From assembly GCA_964016885.1 (NCBI GenBank), contig OZ024741.1:416082001-416146000 (forward strand): a stretch of DNA of 64,000 nucleotides. Direction: 5' to 3'. This stretch comes from Eledone cirrhosa. Lineage: Eukaryota. Both the position numbers and the translations under genes were made by a program. Of the stretch, positions 1-13,300 are shown in pieces (positions within the stretch are counted from its first letter, which is position 1; each line of letters begins with the position of its first letter). The notes beneath the pieces were generated by a model, which made no database searches, was not told the DNA's origin, and saw only the letters and a program-made list of their open reading frames with translations.

Positions 1-3000
1 TCTGTTATATTAACTGGGGCCTCTGTTATATTAACTGGGGTCTCGGTTATATTAACTGGGGCCTCTGTAATATTAACTGGGGTCTCTGTTATATTAACTG
101 GGGCCTCTGTTATATTAACTGGGGTCTCGGTTATATTAACTGGCGTCTCTGTAATATTAACTGGGGTCTTGGTTATATTAACTGGGGTCTCTGTTATATT
201 AACTGGGGTCTGTTATATTAACTGAGATCTCTGTTATATTAACTGGGGTCTGTTATATTAACTGGGGTCTCTGTTGTATTAACTGGGGCCGCTATTATAT
301 TAACTGGCGTCTCTGTAATATTAACTGGGGTCTTGGTTATATTAACTGGGGCCTCTGTTATATTAACTGGGGTCTCTGTTATATTAACTTGGGTCTCTGT
401 TATATTAACTGGGGCGTCTGTTATATTAACTGAGGTCTCGGTATATTAACTGGGGTCTCTGTTATATTAACTGGGGTCTCTGTTATATAAACTGGGGTCT
501 GTTATATTAACTGAGATCTCTGTTATATTAACTGGGGTCTGTTATATTAACTGGGGTCTCTGTTATATTAACTGGGGTCTCTGTTATATTAACTGGGGCC
601 TCTATTATATTAACTGGGGTCTCTGTAATATTAACTAGGGTCTTGGTTATATTAACTGGGGCCTCTGTTATATTAACTGGGGTCTCTGTTATATTAACTG
701 GGGTCTCTGTTATATTAACTGGGGCCTCTGTTATATTAACTGGGGTCTCGGTATATTAACTGGGGCCTCTGTTATATTAACTGGGGTCTCCTTTATATTA
801 ACTGGGGTCTCTGTTATATTAACTGGGGCATCTATTATATTAACTGGGGTCTCTGTTATATTAATTGGGGTCTCTGTTATATTAACTGGGGTCTCTGTTA
901 TATTAACTGGGGTCTCTGTTATATTAACTGGGGTCTCTGTTATATTAACTGGGGTCTCTGTTATATTAACTGGGATCTCTGTTATATTAACTGGGGCCTC
1001 TGTTATATTAACTGGGATCTCTATTATATTAACTGGGGTCTGTTATATTAACTGGGGTCTCTGTTATATTAACTGGGGTCTGTTTTATTAACTGGGGTCT
1101 GTTATATAAACTGGGGTCTGTTATATTAGCTGTGGCCTCTGTTATCTTAACTGTGGTCTCTGTTATATTAACTGGGATCTCTGTTATATTAACTGGGGTC
1201 TCTGTTATATTAACTGGTGTCTCTTTTATATTAACTGGAATCTCTGTTATATTAACTGGGGTTTCTGTTATATTAACTGGGGCCTCTATTATATTAACTG
1301 GGCTCTGTGTTATATTAACAGGGATCTCTGTTATATTAACTGGGGTCTCTGTTATATTAACTGGGGTCTCTGTTATATTAACTGGGATCTCTGTAATATT
1401 AACTGGTGTCTCTGTTATATTAACTGGGGTCTCTGTTATATTAACTGGGGCCTCTGTTATATTAACTGGGGCCTCTGTTATATGAACTGGGGCCTCTATT
1501 ATATTAACTGGGGTCTCTGTTATATTAACTGGGGTCTCTGTTATATTAACTGGGGTCTGTTATATTAACTGAGATCTCTGTTATATTAACTGGGGTCTGT
1601 TATATTAACTGGGGTCTTTGTTATATTAACTGGGGCCTCTATTATATTAACTGGGGTCTCTGTTATATTAACTGGGGTCTGTTATATTAAATGGGGTCTC
1701 TGTTATATTAACTGGGGCCTCTGTTATATTAACTGGGGTCTCGGTTATATTAACTGGGGCCTCTGTAATATTAACTGGGGTCTCTGTTATATTAACTGGG
1801 GTCTCTGTTATATTAACTGGGGCATCTATTATATTAACTGGGGTCTCTGTTATATTAATTGGGGTCACTGTTATATTAACTGGGGTCTGTTATCTTAACT
1901 GGGGTCTCTGTTATATTAACTGGGGTCTCTGTTATATTAACTGGGGCCTCTGTTATATTAACTGGGGCCTCTGTTATATTAACTGGGGCCTCTATTATAT
2001 TAACTGGTGTCTCTGTTATATTAACTGGGGTCTCTGTTATATTAACTGGGGTCTGTTATATTAACTGAGATCTCTGTTATATTAACTGGGGTCTGTTATA
2101 TTAACTGGGGTCTCTGTTATATTAACTGGGGTCTCTGTTATATTAACTGGGGCCTCTATTATATTAACTGGGGTCTCTGTAATATTAACTGGGGTCTTGG
2201 TTATATTAACTGGGGCCTCTGTTATATTAACTGGGGTCTCTGTTATATTAACTGGGGTCTCTGTTATATTAACTGGGGCCTCTGTTATATTAACTGGGGT
2301 CTCGGTTATATTAACTGGGGCCTCTGTTATATTAACTGGGGTCTCCTTTATATTAACTGGGGTCTCTGTTATATTAACTGGGGCATCTATTATATTAACT
2401 GGGGACTCTGTTATATTAACTGGGGTCTCTGTTATATTAACTGGGGTCTCTGTTATATTAACTGGGGTCTCTGTTATATTAACTGGGATCTCTGTTATAT
2501 TAACTGGGGCCTCTGTTATATTAACTGGGATCTCTATTATATTAACTGGGGTCTGTTATATTAACTGGGGTCTCTGTTATATTAACTGGGGTCTGTTATA
2601 TGAACTGGGGTCTGTGATATTAACTGGGGTCTGTTATATTAACTGTGGCCTCTGTTATCTTAACTGTGGTCTCTGTTATATTAACTGGGATCTCTGTTAT
2701 ATTAACTGGGGTCTCTGTTATATTAACTGGTGTCTCTTTTATATTAACTGGAATCTCTGTTATATTAACTAGGGTTTCTGTTATATTAACTGGGGCCTCT
2801 GTTATATGAACTGGGGCCTCTATTATATTAACTGGGGTCTCTGTTATATTAACTGGGGTCTCTGTTATATTAACTGGGGTCTGTTATATTAACTGAGATC
2901 TCTGTTATATTAACTGGGGTCTGTTATATTAACTGGGGTCTCTGTTATATTAACTGGGGCCTCTATTATATTAACTGGGGTCTCTGTAATATTAACTGGG

Positions 3001-3643
3001 GTCTTGGTTATATTAACTGGGGCCTCTGTTATATTAACTGGGGTCTCTGTTATATTAACTTGGGTCTCTGTTATATTAACTGGGGCCTCTGTTATATTAA
3101 CTGGGGTCTCTGTTATATTAACTGGGGTCTGTTATATTAAATGGGGTCTCTGTTATATTAACTGGGGCCTCTGTTATATTAACTGGGGTCTCGGTTATAT
3201 TAACTGGGGCCTCTGTAATATTAACTGGGGTCTCTGTTATATTAACTGGGGTCTCTGTTATATTAACTGGGGCATCTATTATATTAACTGGGGTCTCTGT
3301 TATATTAATTGGGGTCACTGTTATATTAACTGGGGTCTGTTATCTTAACTGGGGTCTCTGTTATATTAACTGGGGTCTCTGTTATATTAACTGGGTTCTG
3401 TTATTAACTGGGGCCTCTATTATATTAACTGAGGTCTCTGTTATATTAACTGGGGGTCTGCTATATTAACTGGGGTCTCTGTTATATTAACTGGGGTCTC
3501 TGTTATATTAAATGGGGTCTCGGTTATATTAACTGGGGCCTCTGTTATATTAACTGGGGCCTCTATTATATTAACTGGGGTCTGTTATATTAACTGGGGT
3601 CTCTGTAATATTAACTGGGGTCTCTGTTATATTTACTGGGGTC
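1..3643. repeat. 21-bp satellite array, left part (continues beyond window start)
   Basis: Uninterrupted tandem GGGGTCTCTGTTATATTAACT with recurring point variants (GGGGCC, TCTATT, TGAGAT) and 19-bp variants (GGGGTCTGTTATATTAACT). Confidence 0.99.
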
Positions 3644-6600
3644 ATCATCATCATCATCATCATCACCGTTTTACGTCCGTTCTTCCACGCTAGCATGGGT
3701 TAGACGGGTTGTCCTGTTGTGGGCAGTGTCTGGTCGGCTGACCATGCCTTGCTCATACAGGAACTGATCTGGCTTGATTTCTACAGCTGGATGCCCTTCC
3801 TAACACCAACCTCATTTACAGTGAGTGCTGGGTGCTTTTTCGTGGCGCCTACACGTCCACTTTACAGTGTGGGCTGGGTGCTTTTTTGCTGTGGCACCTC
3901 CACGACCACCTTGCGGTGGGGGGGGGGGGCATATTGTTTATATGCTTCAGCATGTACCCATGGGAGGTCGGGTACCCTGTATTACTGCGTGACGCCAGAA
4001 GTCACGGTCGTGTGTCATTGACTTTGAGAGGTGTAGTTGGGTAAGGTCGGCTTTTATCACCTCATCCCAAGTCATCTTGGGTCTCCCCACTCCGCGGTTT
4101 CCATCAACTTCTAGTGCTCTGCACCTTTTTATGCAGCTGTCATCCTTCATACGCATCACATGTCCATACCAGCGTAACCGCCTCTCCTGCACGCAGCATT
4201 TGATTCCTCTTATGCTCAGTCTCTCTCTCAATTCATTTATGCTTTGTCGTTCACGTATATTACTGTTACACATCCATCGGAGCATGCAGGCTTCGTTTCT
4301 CTCTAATCTACGTAAGTCTTCCACCTTCAGCGCCCAGGTCTCACTACCATGCAACATCGCTGTTCGGATACACGCATCATACAGTCTGCCTTTCATTCTG
4401 AGGGAGAAGCCTTTTGCAGCTAGCAGTGGTAGTAGTTCCCTAAACTTCTTCCATCCCGTTCTTACCCTAGTTATTGTACTTTCTGAGCACCCACCTCCGT
4501 TGCTAATTCGGTCACCTAGGTAGCAGAAGCTGTCTACTGTTTCTACAGGGCCCTCCCAGAGATTGGTGGTACTTGTTTCCTGTGGCTGTTTGCTTGCTGT
4601 TTCAGCACAGCTGCTGCATGTGAATCCTACATTCTTAATTAAGCTTCCTGAGATCCCGCTACATCTCTTGTGTACCCATTGTTTGCATTTGGGGCAAAGA
4701 ATGGAGTTCCTACCTACACCTTTCCTACATACTGAGCAAGGCCATTTCCCTGAGGGGATCTGGGTTCTGTTTTCTCGTCTACTTATAAGGACCTTAGTCT
4801 TTGTCATGTTGACTTTGAGGCCCTTTCTCTCTAGTCCCTGCTTCCAGGTTTGGAATTTATTCTCTAGTTCTACCATAGATTCAGCTATGAGTGCGAGGTC
4901 ATCAGCATACAGGAGTTCCCATGGGCATCCGGTCTTAAACTCCTCCGTTATTGCCTGCAGGACTATGATGAACAGGAGAGGGCTAAGAACAGAGCCCTGG
5001 TGGACCCCAACCTGTACGCTAAATTCCTCGCTATACTCATTGCCAATCCTAACTTTGCTGACTGCTCCCCTATACATGGCTTGTACCGCTTTCACAAGCC
5101 ATTCATCTACTCCTAGTTTTCTAAGAGCCCACCAGATTACTGCACGTGGAACTCTGTCAAAGGCTTTCTCAAGGTCGACAAATGCCAAGTAGAGTGGCTT
5201 ACTTTTAGCTAGGTACTTTTCCTGTAATTGCCTCACAAGGAAGAGCGCATCAGTGGTGCCTTTCCCTGGAACAAACCCAAATTGCATCTCGTCTATATTC
5301 ACCCGGTCCCTAATCAGCTGTGCTATAACTCTTTCTGTTACTTTCATGACCTGGTCCATCAACTTTATACCTCTATAGTTTCCTCTATCTAGTGCATCGC
5401 CTTTACCTTTGTAGCAGTTGACAATGATGCTACTGCACCAATCTTTTGGTATGGCCCCCTCTAGTATTACCTGGTTAACGATACGTGTGGTTATAGTGTG
5501 ACCTACAGACCCAGATGCCTTCAGCATCTCGGCAGCTATACCCGATGGACCGGTTGCCTTCCCTATCTTCATATCTCTGATTGCCTTACTTACTACGCTG
5601 CCGCTGACTTGTACTGCTGGTCCCTCTATAGGGTCTACGTGGGGTAGGGTCTCTTCTTCCCATGCATTCTCCTCATTTAGTAATCTATCATAATGACTCT
5701 TCCATGCATCTTTCTTCTCAGCACTTGTGAGGGCAAGCTCACCTTTATCATTCCGGATACACTTCTCTCCAATGACATCACAACTATCTCTGACACACTG
5801 CCTCGCAATCTTGAATACCTCCTGTTTCTGGTCCTCACGTTGTAAAACATGCTTGAATTTTCTATCCTCTGCTTCCCTCCTAGCTAAGTATACTTGTCGC
5901 CTAGCTTCCCTCTTGGTCTCTATGTAATGTACCCTGCTCCCCCCGTTCTTCCATTCTTTCCATGCCTGTCTCTTGGCCTTGACTGCTTCATCTACCTTAT
6001 TGTTCCACCACCAAGTCACTCTCCTCCTGCTTGAGGTCTTACTCCAGCCACAAACCTCATCCGTCGCCTCTAGTAAGTTATTTTTTAGGAACTCCCAGTT
6101 CTCTTCTACGTTAAATGTCTCTATCTGTTCTTCTTTACTGTCGTAGGCGTTGAGTAAAATATCTTTAAATCTGTTACTGGTTGAGGGGACTTTCAGCTTC
6201 CAGATCTTTCTTCTCCAGGTTGGCCTCTGTTTCAGGGCTCGTCTAGTTCTGACCGTGAGGTCGCTGACAACTAAGCTATGTTGGGATGTACATTCCTCAC
6301 TAGGGAAGGCTTTTGTGTTTACGACCGTCCATCTGTCACGTCCTCTGATGAGGATAAAATCTAACTGACTAGAGTGCTCCCCTGATCTATAGGTGATCAG
6401 GTGGTTGTCGGGTTTTTTAAAGTTTGTGTTACATATCGACATGTCATTGGCGTCGCAGAATTCTAGAAGTCTGAATCCTTCCTCATTCCTTGTGCCAACT
6501 CCATGGCCTCCATGTACTCTATTGAAGCCGTCTCAGTGTTTACCTACGTGTCCGTTAAAATCTCCTGCAATGATTAGGAAGTCCTTGTCGTCTGTTAGAG

Positions 6601-7338
6601 CAGTAGTGTGTATTAGGGACTCGTAAAACCTATCCTTAAGTTCGTCTGGCAGCCCCGATTGGGGTGCGTAAGCTGATATTATTGTGGTAATTGTCTTATT
6701 CAGGACTAGTCTGAGTTTAATGATTCTTGCATTTACCCTGTACACTGAGATTACTTTATCTACCCACTTGTCAGCTAATAGTATACCTACACCACCCATC
6801 CCATCGTCATTTCCCACCCAGAAAAATTTGTAGCACTGGCTTTTTCCTACAAGGACTCTAGCAGACCCTCCTCTCCATCTAGTCTCTTGCACACAGCATA
6901 CATCAACTTCCTTTCGCTCTAGCATTTCTACGATTTCTCCTGCTCTTCCTTTCATTGAGCCTACATTGATGGTACCAACTCGGAGTTTTGGGCATTTGTC
7001 GACACTCGTAGGGGAGGGTCTCTGGGTTGGCGCTTCACGTGGGTGCTTGGTAGCTCGCAGATTCATATTTCATCTATTGATTCAGAGTTGCTCGTGTATT
7101 CCCAGCTCATCCATCCCTAACGGTGGGAAAATTGAGGGCTAGAAGGACAGTGGTGGTGGGGTAATGGCAGGGTGTGTTGGGATGCGCCAGAGGAGGAGAG
7201 AGTTAGTTAGGCAGGTAGTAGCAGCAGCAGCAGTGGAAATGGCATGCTAGGTTTGATTGGTCGAATAGACTATGGTGGTGTGTGGGGGTGGGGGGGAGGG
7301 AAATTGTGAGGTAGGAACTGAGGGTCGCATGGTAAATA
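3644..7338 (-). mobile_element. Near full-length RTE-clade non-LTR retrotransposon inserted in the satellite
   Basis: About 270-nt 5' leader, a single APE-RT reading frame 7066->3947, about 280-nt 3' UTR, and a (GAT)7 tail at 3644-3664; satellite register resumes exactly on both sides. Confidence 0.96.
3947..7066 (-). pseudogene. RTE ORF (APE endonuclease, reverse transcriptase, PHD-like zinc finger), 1039 codons with one in-frame TGA at 6533-6535
   Basis: ORFs 6533..7066 and 3947..6442 share a frame (starts 624 nt apart). APE motifs: GTINVGS, VQETRW, SAYAPQ, GDFNGHVG, QLDFIL, SQHSLV. RT motifs: NYRGIKL, QFGF, FVDLEKAFDRV, GVHQGSVLSPLLF, LYADD. The bridge reads GKH*DGFNRVHGGHGVGTRNEEGFRLLEFC. 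Confidence 0.95.
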
Positions 7339-10300
7339 TCTCTGTAATATTAACTGGGGCCTCTATTATATTACCTGGGTCCTCTGTTATATTAACTGGG
7401 GTCTCTATTATATTAACTGGGTTCTCTGTTATATTAACTGGGGTCTCTGTTATATTAACTGAGGTCTCTGTAATATTAACTGCGTTCTCTGTTATATTAA
7501 CTGGGGCTTCTATTATATTAACTGGGTTCTCTGTTATATTAACTGGGGTCTCTGTTATATTAACTGGGGTCTCGGTTATATTAACTGGGGTCTCTGTTAT
7601 ATTAACTGAGGCCTCTGTTATATTAACTGGGGCCTCTATTATATTAACTGGGGTCTCTGTTATATTAACTGGGGTCTCTGTTATATTAACTGGGGTCTGT
7701 TATCTTAACTGGGGTCTCTGTTATATTAACTGGGGTCTCTGTTATATTAACTGGGGTCTCTGTTATATTAACTGGGTTCTCTGTTATATTAACTGGGGTC
7801 TGTTATATTAACTGGGGCCTCTTTTATATTAAGTGAGGTCTCTGTTATATTAACTGGGGTCTCTGTTATATTAACTGGCGTATGTTATATTAACTGGGGC
7901 CTCTGTAATATTAACTGGGGTATGTTATATTAACTGGGGTCTCTGTTATATTAACTGGGGTCTCTGTTATATTAACTGGGGTCTCTGTTATATTAACTGG
8001 GATCTCTGTTATATTAACTGGGGTCTGTTATATTAACTGGGGTCTCTGTTATATTAACTGGAGTCTCTGTTATATTAACTGGGGTCTCTGTTATATTAAC
8101 TGGGGCCTCTATTATATTAACTGAGGTCTCTGTTATATTAACTGGGGTCTCTGTTATATTAACTGGGGTATGTTATATTAACTGGGGTCCCTGTTATATT
8201 AACTGGGGTCTCTATTATATTAACTGGGGTCTCTGTTATATTTACTGGGGTCTCTATTATATTAACTGGGATCTCTGTTATATTAACTGGGGTCTCTGTT
8301 ATATTAACTGGGGTCTCTGTTATATTAACTGGGGTCTCTGTTATATTAACTGGGGTATGTTATATTAACTGGGGTCTCTGTTATATTAACTGGGGTCTCT
8401 GTTATATTAACTGGGGTCTCTGTTATATTAACTGAGGTCCCTGTTATATTAACTGGGGTATGTTATATTAACTGGGGTCTCTGTTATATTAACTGGGGTC
8501 TCTGTTATATTAACTGGGGTCTCTGTTATATTAACTGGGGTCTCTGTTATATTAACTGGGGCCTCTGTTATATTAACTGGGGCCTCTGTTATATTAACTC
8601 GGGTCTCTGTTATATTAACTGAGGTCTCTGTTATATTAACTGGGTCTCTGTTATATTAACTGGGGTATGTTATATTAACTGGGGTCTCTGTTATATTAAC
8701 TGGGGTCTCTATTATATTAACTGGGGCCTCTGTTATATTAACTGAGGTCTCTGTTATATTAACTGGGGTCTCTGTTATATTAACTGGGGTCTCTGTTATA
8801 TTAATTGGTGTCTCTGTTATATTAACTGGGGTCTCTGTTATATTAACTGGGGCCTCTGTTATATTAACTGGGGCCTCTGTTATATTAACTGGGGCCTCTA
8901 TTATATTAACTGGGGTCTCTGTTATATTAACTGGGGTCTCTGTTATATTAACTGGGGTCTGTTATATTAACTGAGATCTCTGTTATATTAACTGGGGTCT
9001 GTTATATTAACTGGGGTCTCTGTTATATTAACTGGGGTCTCTGTTATATTAACTGGGGTCTGTTATATTAAATGGGGTCTCTGTTATATTAACTGGGGCC
9101 TCGGTTATATTAACTGGGGTCTCGGTTATATTAACTGGGGCCTCTGTAATATTAACTGGGGTCTCTGTTATATTAACTGGGGTCTCTGTTATATTAACTG
9201 GGGCATCTATTATATTAACTGGGGTCTCTGTTATATTAATTGGGGTCACTGTTATATTAACTGGGGTCTGTTATCTTAACTGGGGTCTCTGTTATATTAA
9301 CTGGGGTCTCTGTTATATTAACTGGGTTCTGTTATTAACTGGGGCCTCTATTATATTAACTGAGGTCTCTGTTATATTAACTGGGGGTCTGCTATATTAA
9401 CTGGGGTCTCTGTTATATTAACTGGGGTCTCTGTTATATTAACTGGGGTCTCTGTTATATTAACTGGGGTCTCGGTTATATTAACTGGGGCCTCTGTTAT
9501 ATTAACTGGGGCCTCTATTATATTAACTGGGGTCTGTTATATTAACTGGGGTCTCTGTAATATTAACTGGGGTCTCTGTTATATATACTGGGGTCTCTGT
9601 AATATTAAATGGGGCCTCTATTATATTACCTGGGTCCTCTGTTATATTAACTGGGGTCTCTATTATATTAACTGGGTTCTCTGTTATATTAACTGGGGTC
9701 TCTGTTATATTAACTGAGGTCTCTGTAATATTAACTGCATTCTCTGTTATATTAACTGGGGCTTCTATTACATTAACTGGGTTCTCTGTTATATTAACTG
9801 GGGTCTCTGTTATATTAACTGGGGTCTCGGTTATATTAACTGGGGTCTCTGTTATATTAACTGAGGCCTCTGTTATATTAACTGGGGCCTCTATTATATT
9901 AACTGGGGTCCCTGTTATATTAACTGGGGTCTCTGTTATATTAACTGGGGTCATTTATCTTAACTGGGGTCTCTGTTATATTAACTGGGGTCTCTGTTAT
10001 ATTAACTGGGGTCTCTGTTATATTAACTGGGTTCTCTGTTATATTAACTGGGGTCTGTTATATTAACTGGGGCCTCTTTTATATTAACTGAGGTCTCTGT
10101 TATATTAACTGGGGTCTCTGTTATATTAACTGGGGTCTCTGTTATATTAACTGGGGTCTCTGTTATATTAACTGGGATCTCTGTTATATTAACTGGGGTC
10201 TGTTATATTAACTGGGGTCTCTGTTATATTAACTGGAGTCTCTGTTATATTAACTGGGGTCTCTGTTATATTAACTGGGGCCTCTATTATATTAACTGAG

Positions 10301-13300
10301 GTCTCTGTTATATTAACTGGGGTCTCTGTTATATTAACTGGGGTATGTTATATTAACTGGGGTCCCTGTTATATTAACTGGGGTCTCTATTATATTAACT
10401 GGGGTCTCTGTTATATTTACTGGGGTCTCTATTATATTAACTGAGGTCTCTGTTATATTAACTGTGGTCTCTGTTATATTAACTTGGATCTCTGTTATAT
10501 TAACTGGGGTCTCTGTTATATTAACTGGGGTCTCTGTTATATTAACTGGGGTATGTTATATTAACTGGGGTCTCTGTTATATTAACTGGGGTCTCTGTTA
10601 TATTAACTGGGGTCTCTGTTATATTAACTGGGGTCTCTGTTATATTAACTGGTGTCTCTTTTATATTAACTGGAATCTCTGTTATATTAACTAGGGTTTC
10701 TGTTATATTAACTGGGGCCTCTGTTATATGAACTGGGGCCTCTATTATATTAACTGGGGTCTCTGTTATATTAACTGGGGTCTCTGTTATATTAACTGGG
10801 GTCTGTTATATTAACTGAGATCTCTGTTATATTAACTGGGGTCTGTTATATTAACTGGGGTCTCTGTTATATTAACTGGGGCCTCTATTATATTAACTGG
10901 GGTCTCTGTAATATTAACTGGGGTCTTGGTTATATTAACTGGGGCCTCTGTTATATTAACTGGGGTCTCTGTTATATTAACTTGGGTCTCTGTTATATTA
11001 ACTGGGGCCTCTGTTATATTAACTGGGGTCTCTGTTATATTAACTGGGGTCTGTTATATTAAATGGGGTCTCTGTTATATTAACTGGGGCCTCTGTTATA
11101 TTAACTGGGGTCTCGGTTATATTAACTGGGGCCTCTGTAATATTAACTGGGGTCTCTGTTATATTAACTGGGGTCTCTGTTATATTAACTGGGGCATCTA
11201 TTATATTAACTGGGGTCTCTGTTATATTAATTGGGGTCACTGTTATATTAACTGGGGTCTGTTATCTTAACTGGGGTCTCTGTTATATTAACTGGGGTCT
11301 CTGTTATATTAACTGGGTTCTGTTATTAACTGGGGCCTCTATTATATTAACTGAGGTCTCTGTTATATTAACTGGGGGTCTGCTATATTAACTGGGGTCT
11401 CTGTTATATTAACTGGGGTCTCTGTTATATTAACTGGGGTCTCTGTTATATTAAATGGGGTCTCGGTTATATTAACTGGGGCCTCTGTTATATTAACTGG
11501 GGCCTCTATTATATTAACTGGGGTCTGTTATATTAACTGGGGTCTCTGTAATATTAACTGGGGTCTCTGTTATATTTACTGGGGTCTCTGTAATATTAAC
11601 TGGGGCCTCTATTATATTACCTGGGTCCTCTGTTATATTAACTGGGGTCTCTATTATATTAACTGGGTTCTCTGTTATATTAACTGGGGTCTCTGTTATA
11701 TTAACTGAGGTCTCTGTAATATTAACTGCGTTCTCTGTTATATTAACTGGGGCTTCTATTATATTAACTGGGTTCTCTGTTATATTAACTGGGGTCTCTG
11801 TTATATTAACTGGGGTCTCGGTTATATTAACTGGGGTCTCTGTTATATTAACTGAGGCCTCTGTTATATTAACTGGGGCCTCTATTATATTAACTGGGGT
11901 CTCTGTTATATTAACTGGGGTCTCTGTTATATTAACTGGGGTCTGTTATCTTAACTGGGGTCTCTGTTATATTAACTGGGGTCTCTGTTATATTAACTGG
12001 GGTCTCTGTTATATTAACTGGGTTCTCTGTTATATTAACTGGGGTCTGTTATATTAACTGGGGCCTCTTTTATATTAAGTGAGGTCTCTGTTATATTAAC
12101 TGGGGTCTCTGTTATATTAACTGGCGTATGTTATATTAACTGGGGCCTCTGTAATATTAACTGGGGTATGTTATATTAACTGGGGTCTCTGTTATATTAA
12201 CTGGGGTCTCTGTTATATTAACTGGGGTCTCTGTTATATTAACTGGGATCTCTGTTATATTAACTGGGGTCTGTTATATTAACTGGGGTCTCTGTTATAT
12301 TAACTGGAGTCTCTGTTATATTAACTGGGGTCTCTGTTATATTAACTGGGGCCTCTATTATATTAACTGAGGTCTCTGTTATATTAACTGGGGTCTCTGT
12401 TATATTAACTGGGGTATGTTATATTAACTGGGGTCCCTGTTATATTAACTGGGGTCTCTATTATATTAACTGGGGTCTCTGTTATATTTACTGGGGTCTC
12501 TATTATATTAACTGGGATCTCTGTTATATTAACTGGGGTCTCTGTTATATTAACTGGGGTCTCTGTTATATTAACTGGGGTCTCTGTTATATTAACTGGG
12601 GTATGTTATATTAACTGGGGTCTCTGTTATATTAACTGGGGTCTCTGTTATATTAACTGGGGTCTCTGTTATATTAACTGAGGTCCCTGTTATATTAACT
12701 GGGGTATGTTATATTAACTGGGGTCTCTGTTATATTAACTGGGGTCTCTGTTATATTAACTGGGGTCTCTGTTATATTAACTGGGGTCTCTGTTATATTA
12801 ACTGGGGCCTCTGTTATATTAACTGGGGCCTCTGTTATATTAACTCGGGTCTCTGTTATATTAACTGAGGTCTCTGTTATATTAACTGGGTCTCTGTTAT
12901 ATTAACTGGGGTATGTTATATTAACTGGGGTCTCTGTTATATTAACTGGGGTCTCTATTATATTAACTGGGGCCTCTGTTATATTAACTGAGGTCTCTGT
13001 TATATTAACTGGGGTCTCTGTTATATTAACTGGGGTCTCTGTTATATTAATTGGTGTCTCTGTTATATTAACTGGGGTCTCTGTTATATTAACTGGGGCC
13101 TCTGTTATATTAACTGGGGCCTCTGTTATATTAACTGGGGCCTCTATTATATTAACTGGGGTCTCTGTTATATTAACTGGGGTCTCTGTTATATTAACTG
13201 GGGTCTGTTATATTAACTGAGATCTCTGTTATATTAACTGGGGTCTGTTATATTAACTGGGGTCTCTGTTATATTAACTGGGGTCTCTGTTATATTAACT

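Noticed and set aside
4077-6626. Plus-strand ORFs overlapping the LINE
   Set aside because: Antisense shadows of the RT frame with no recognisable motifs.
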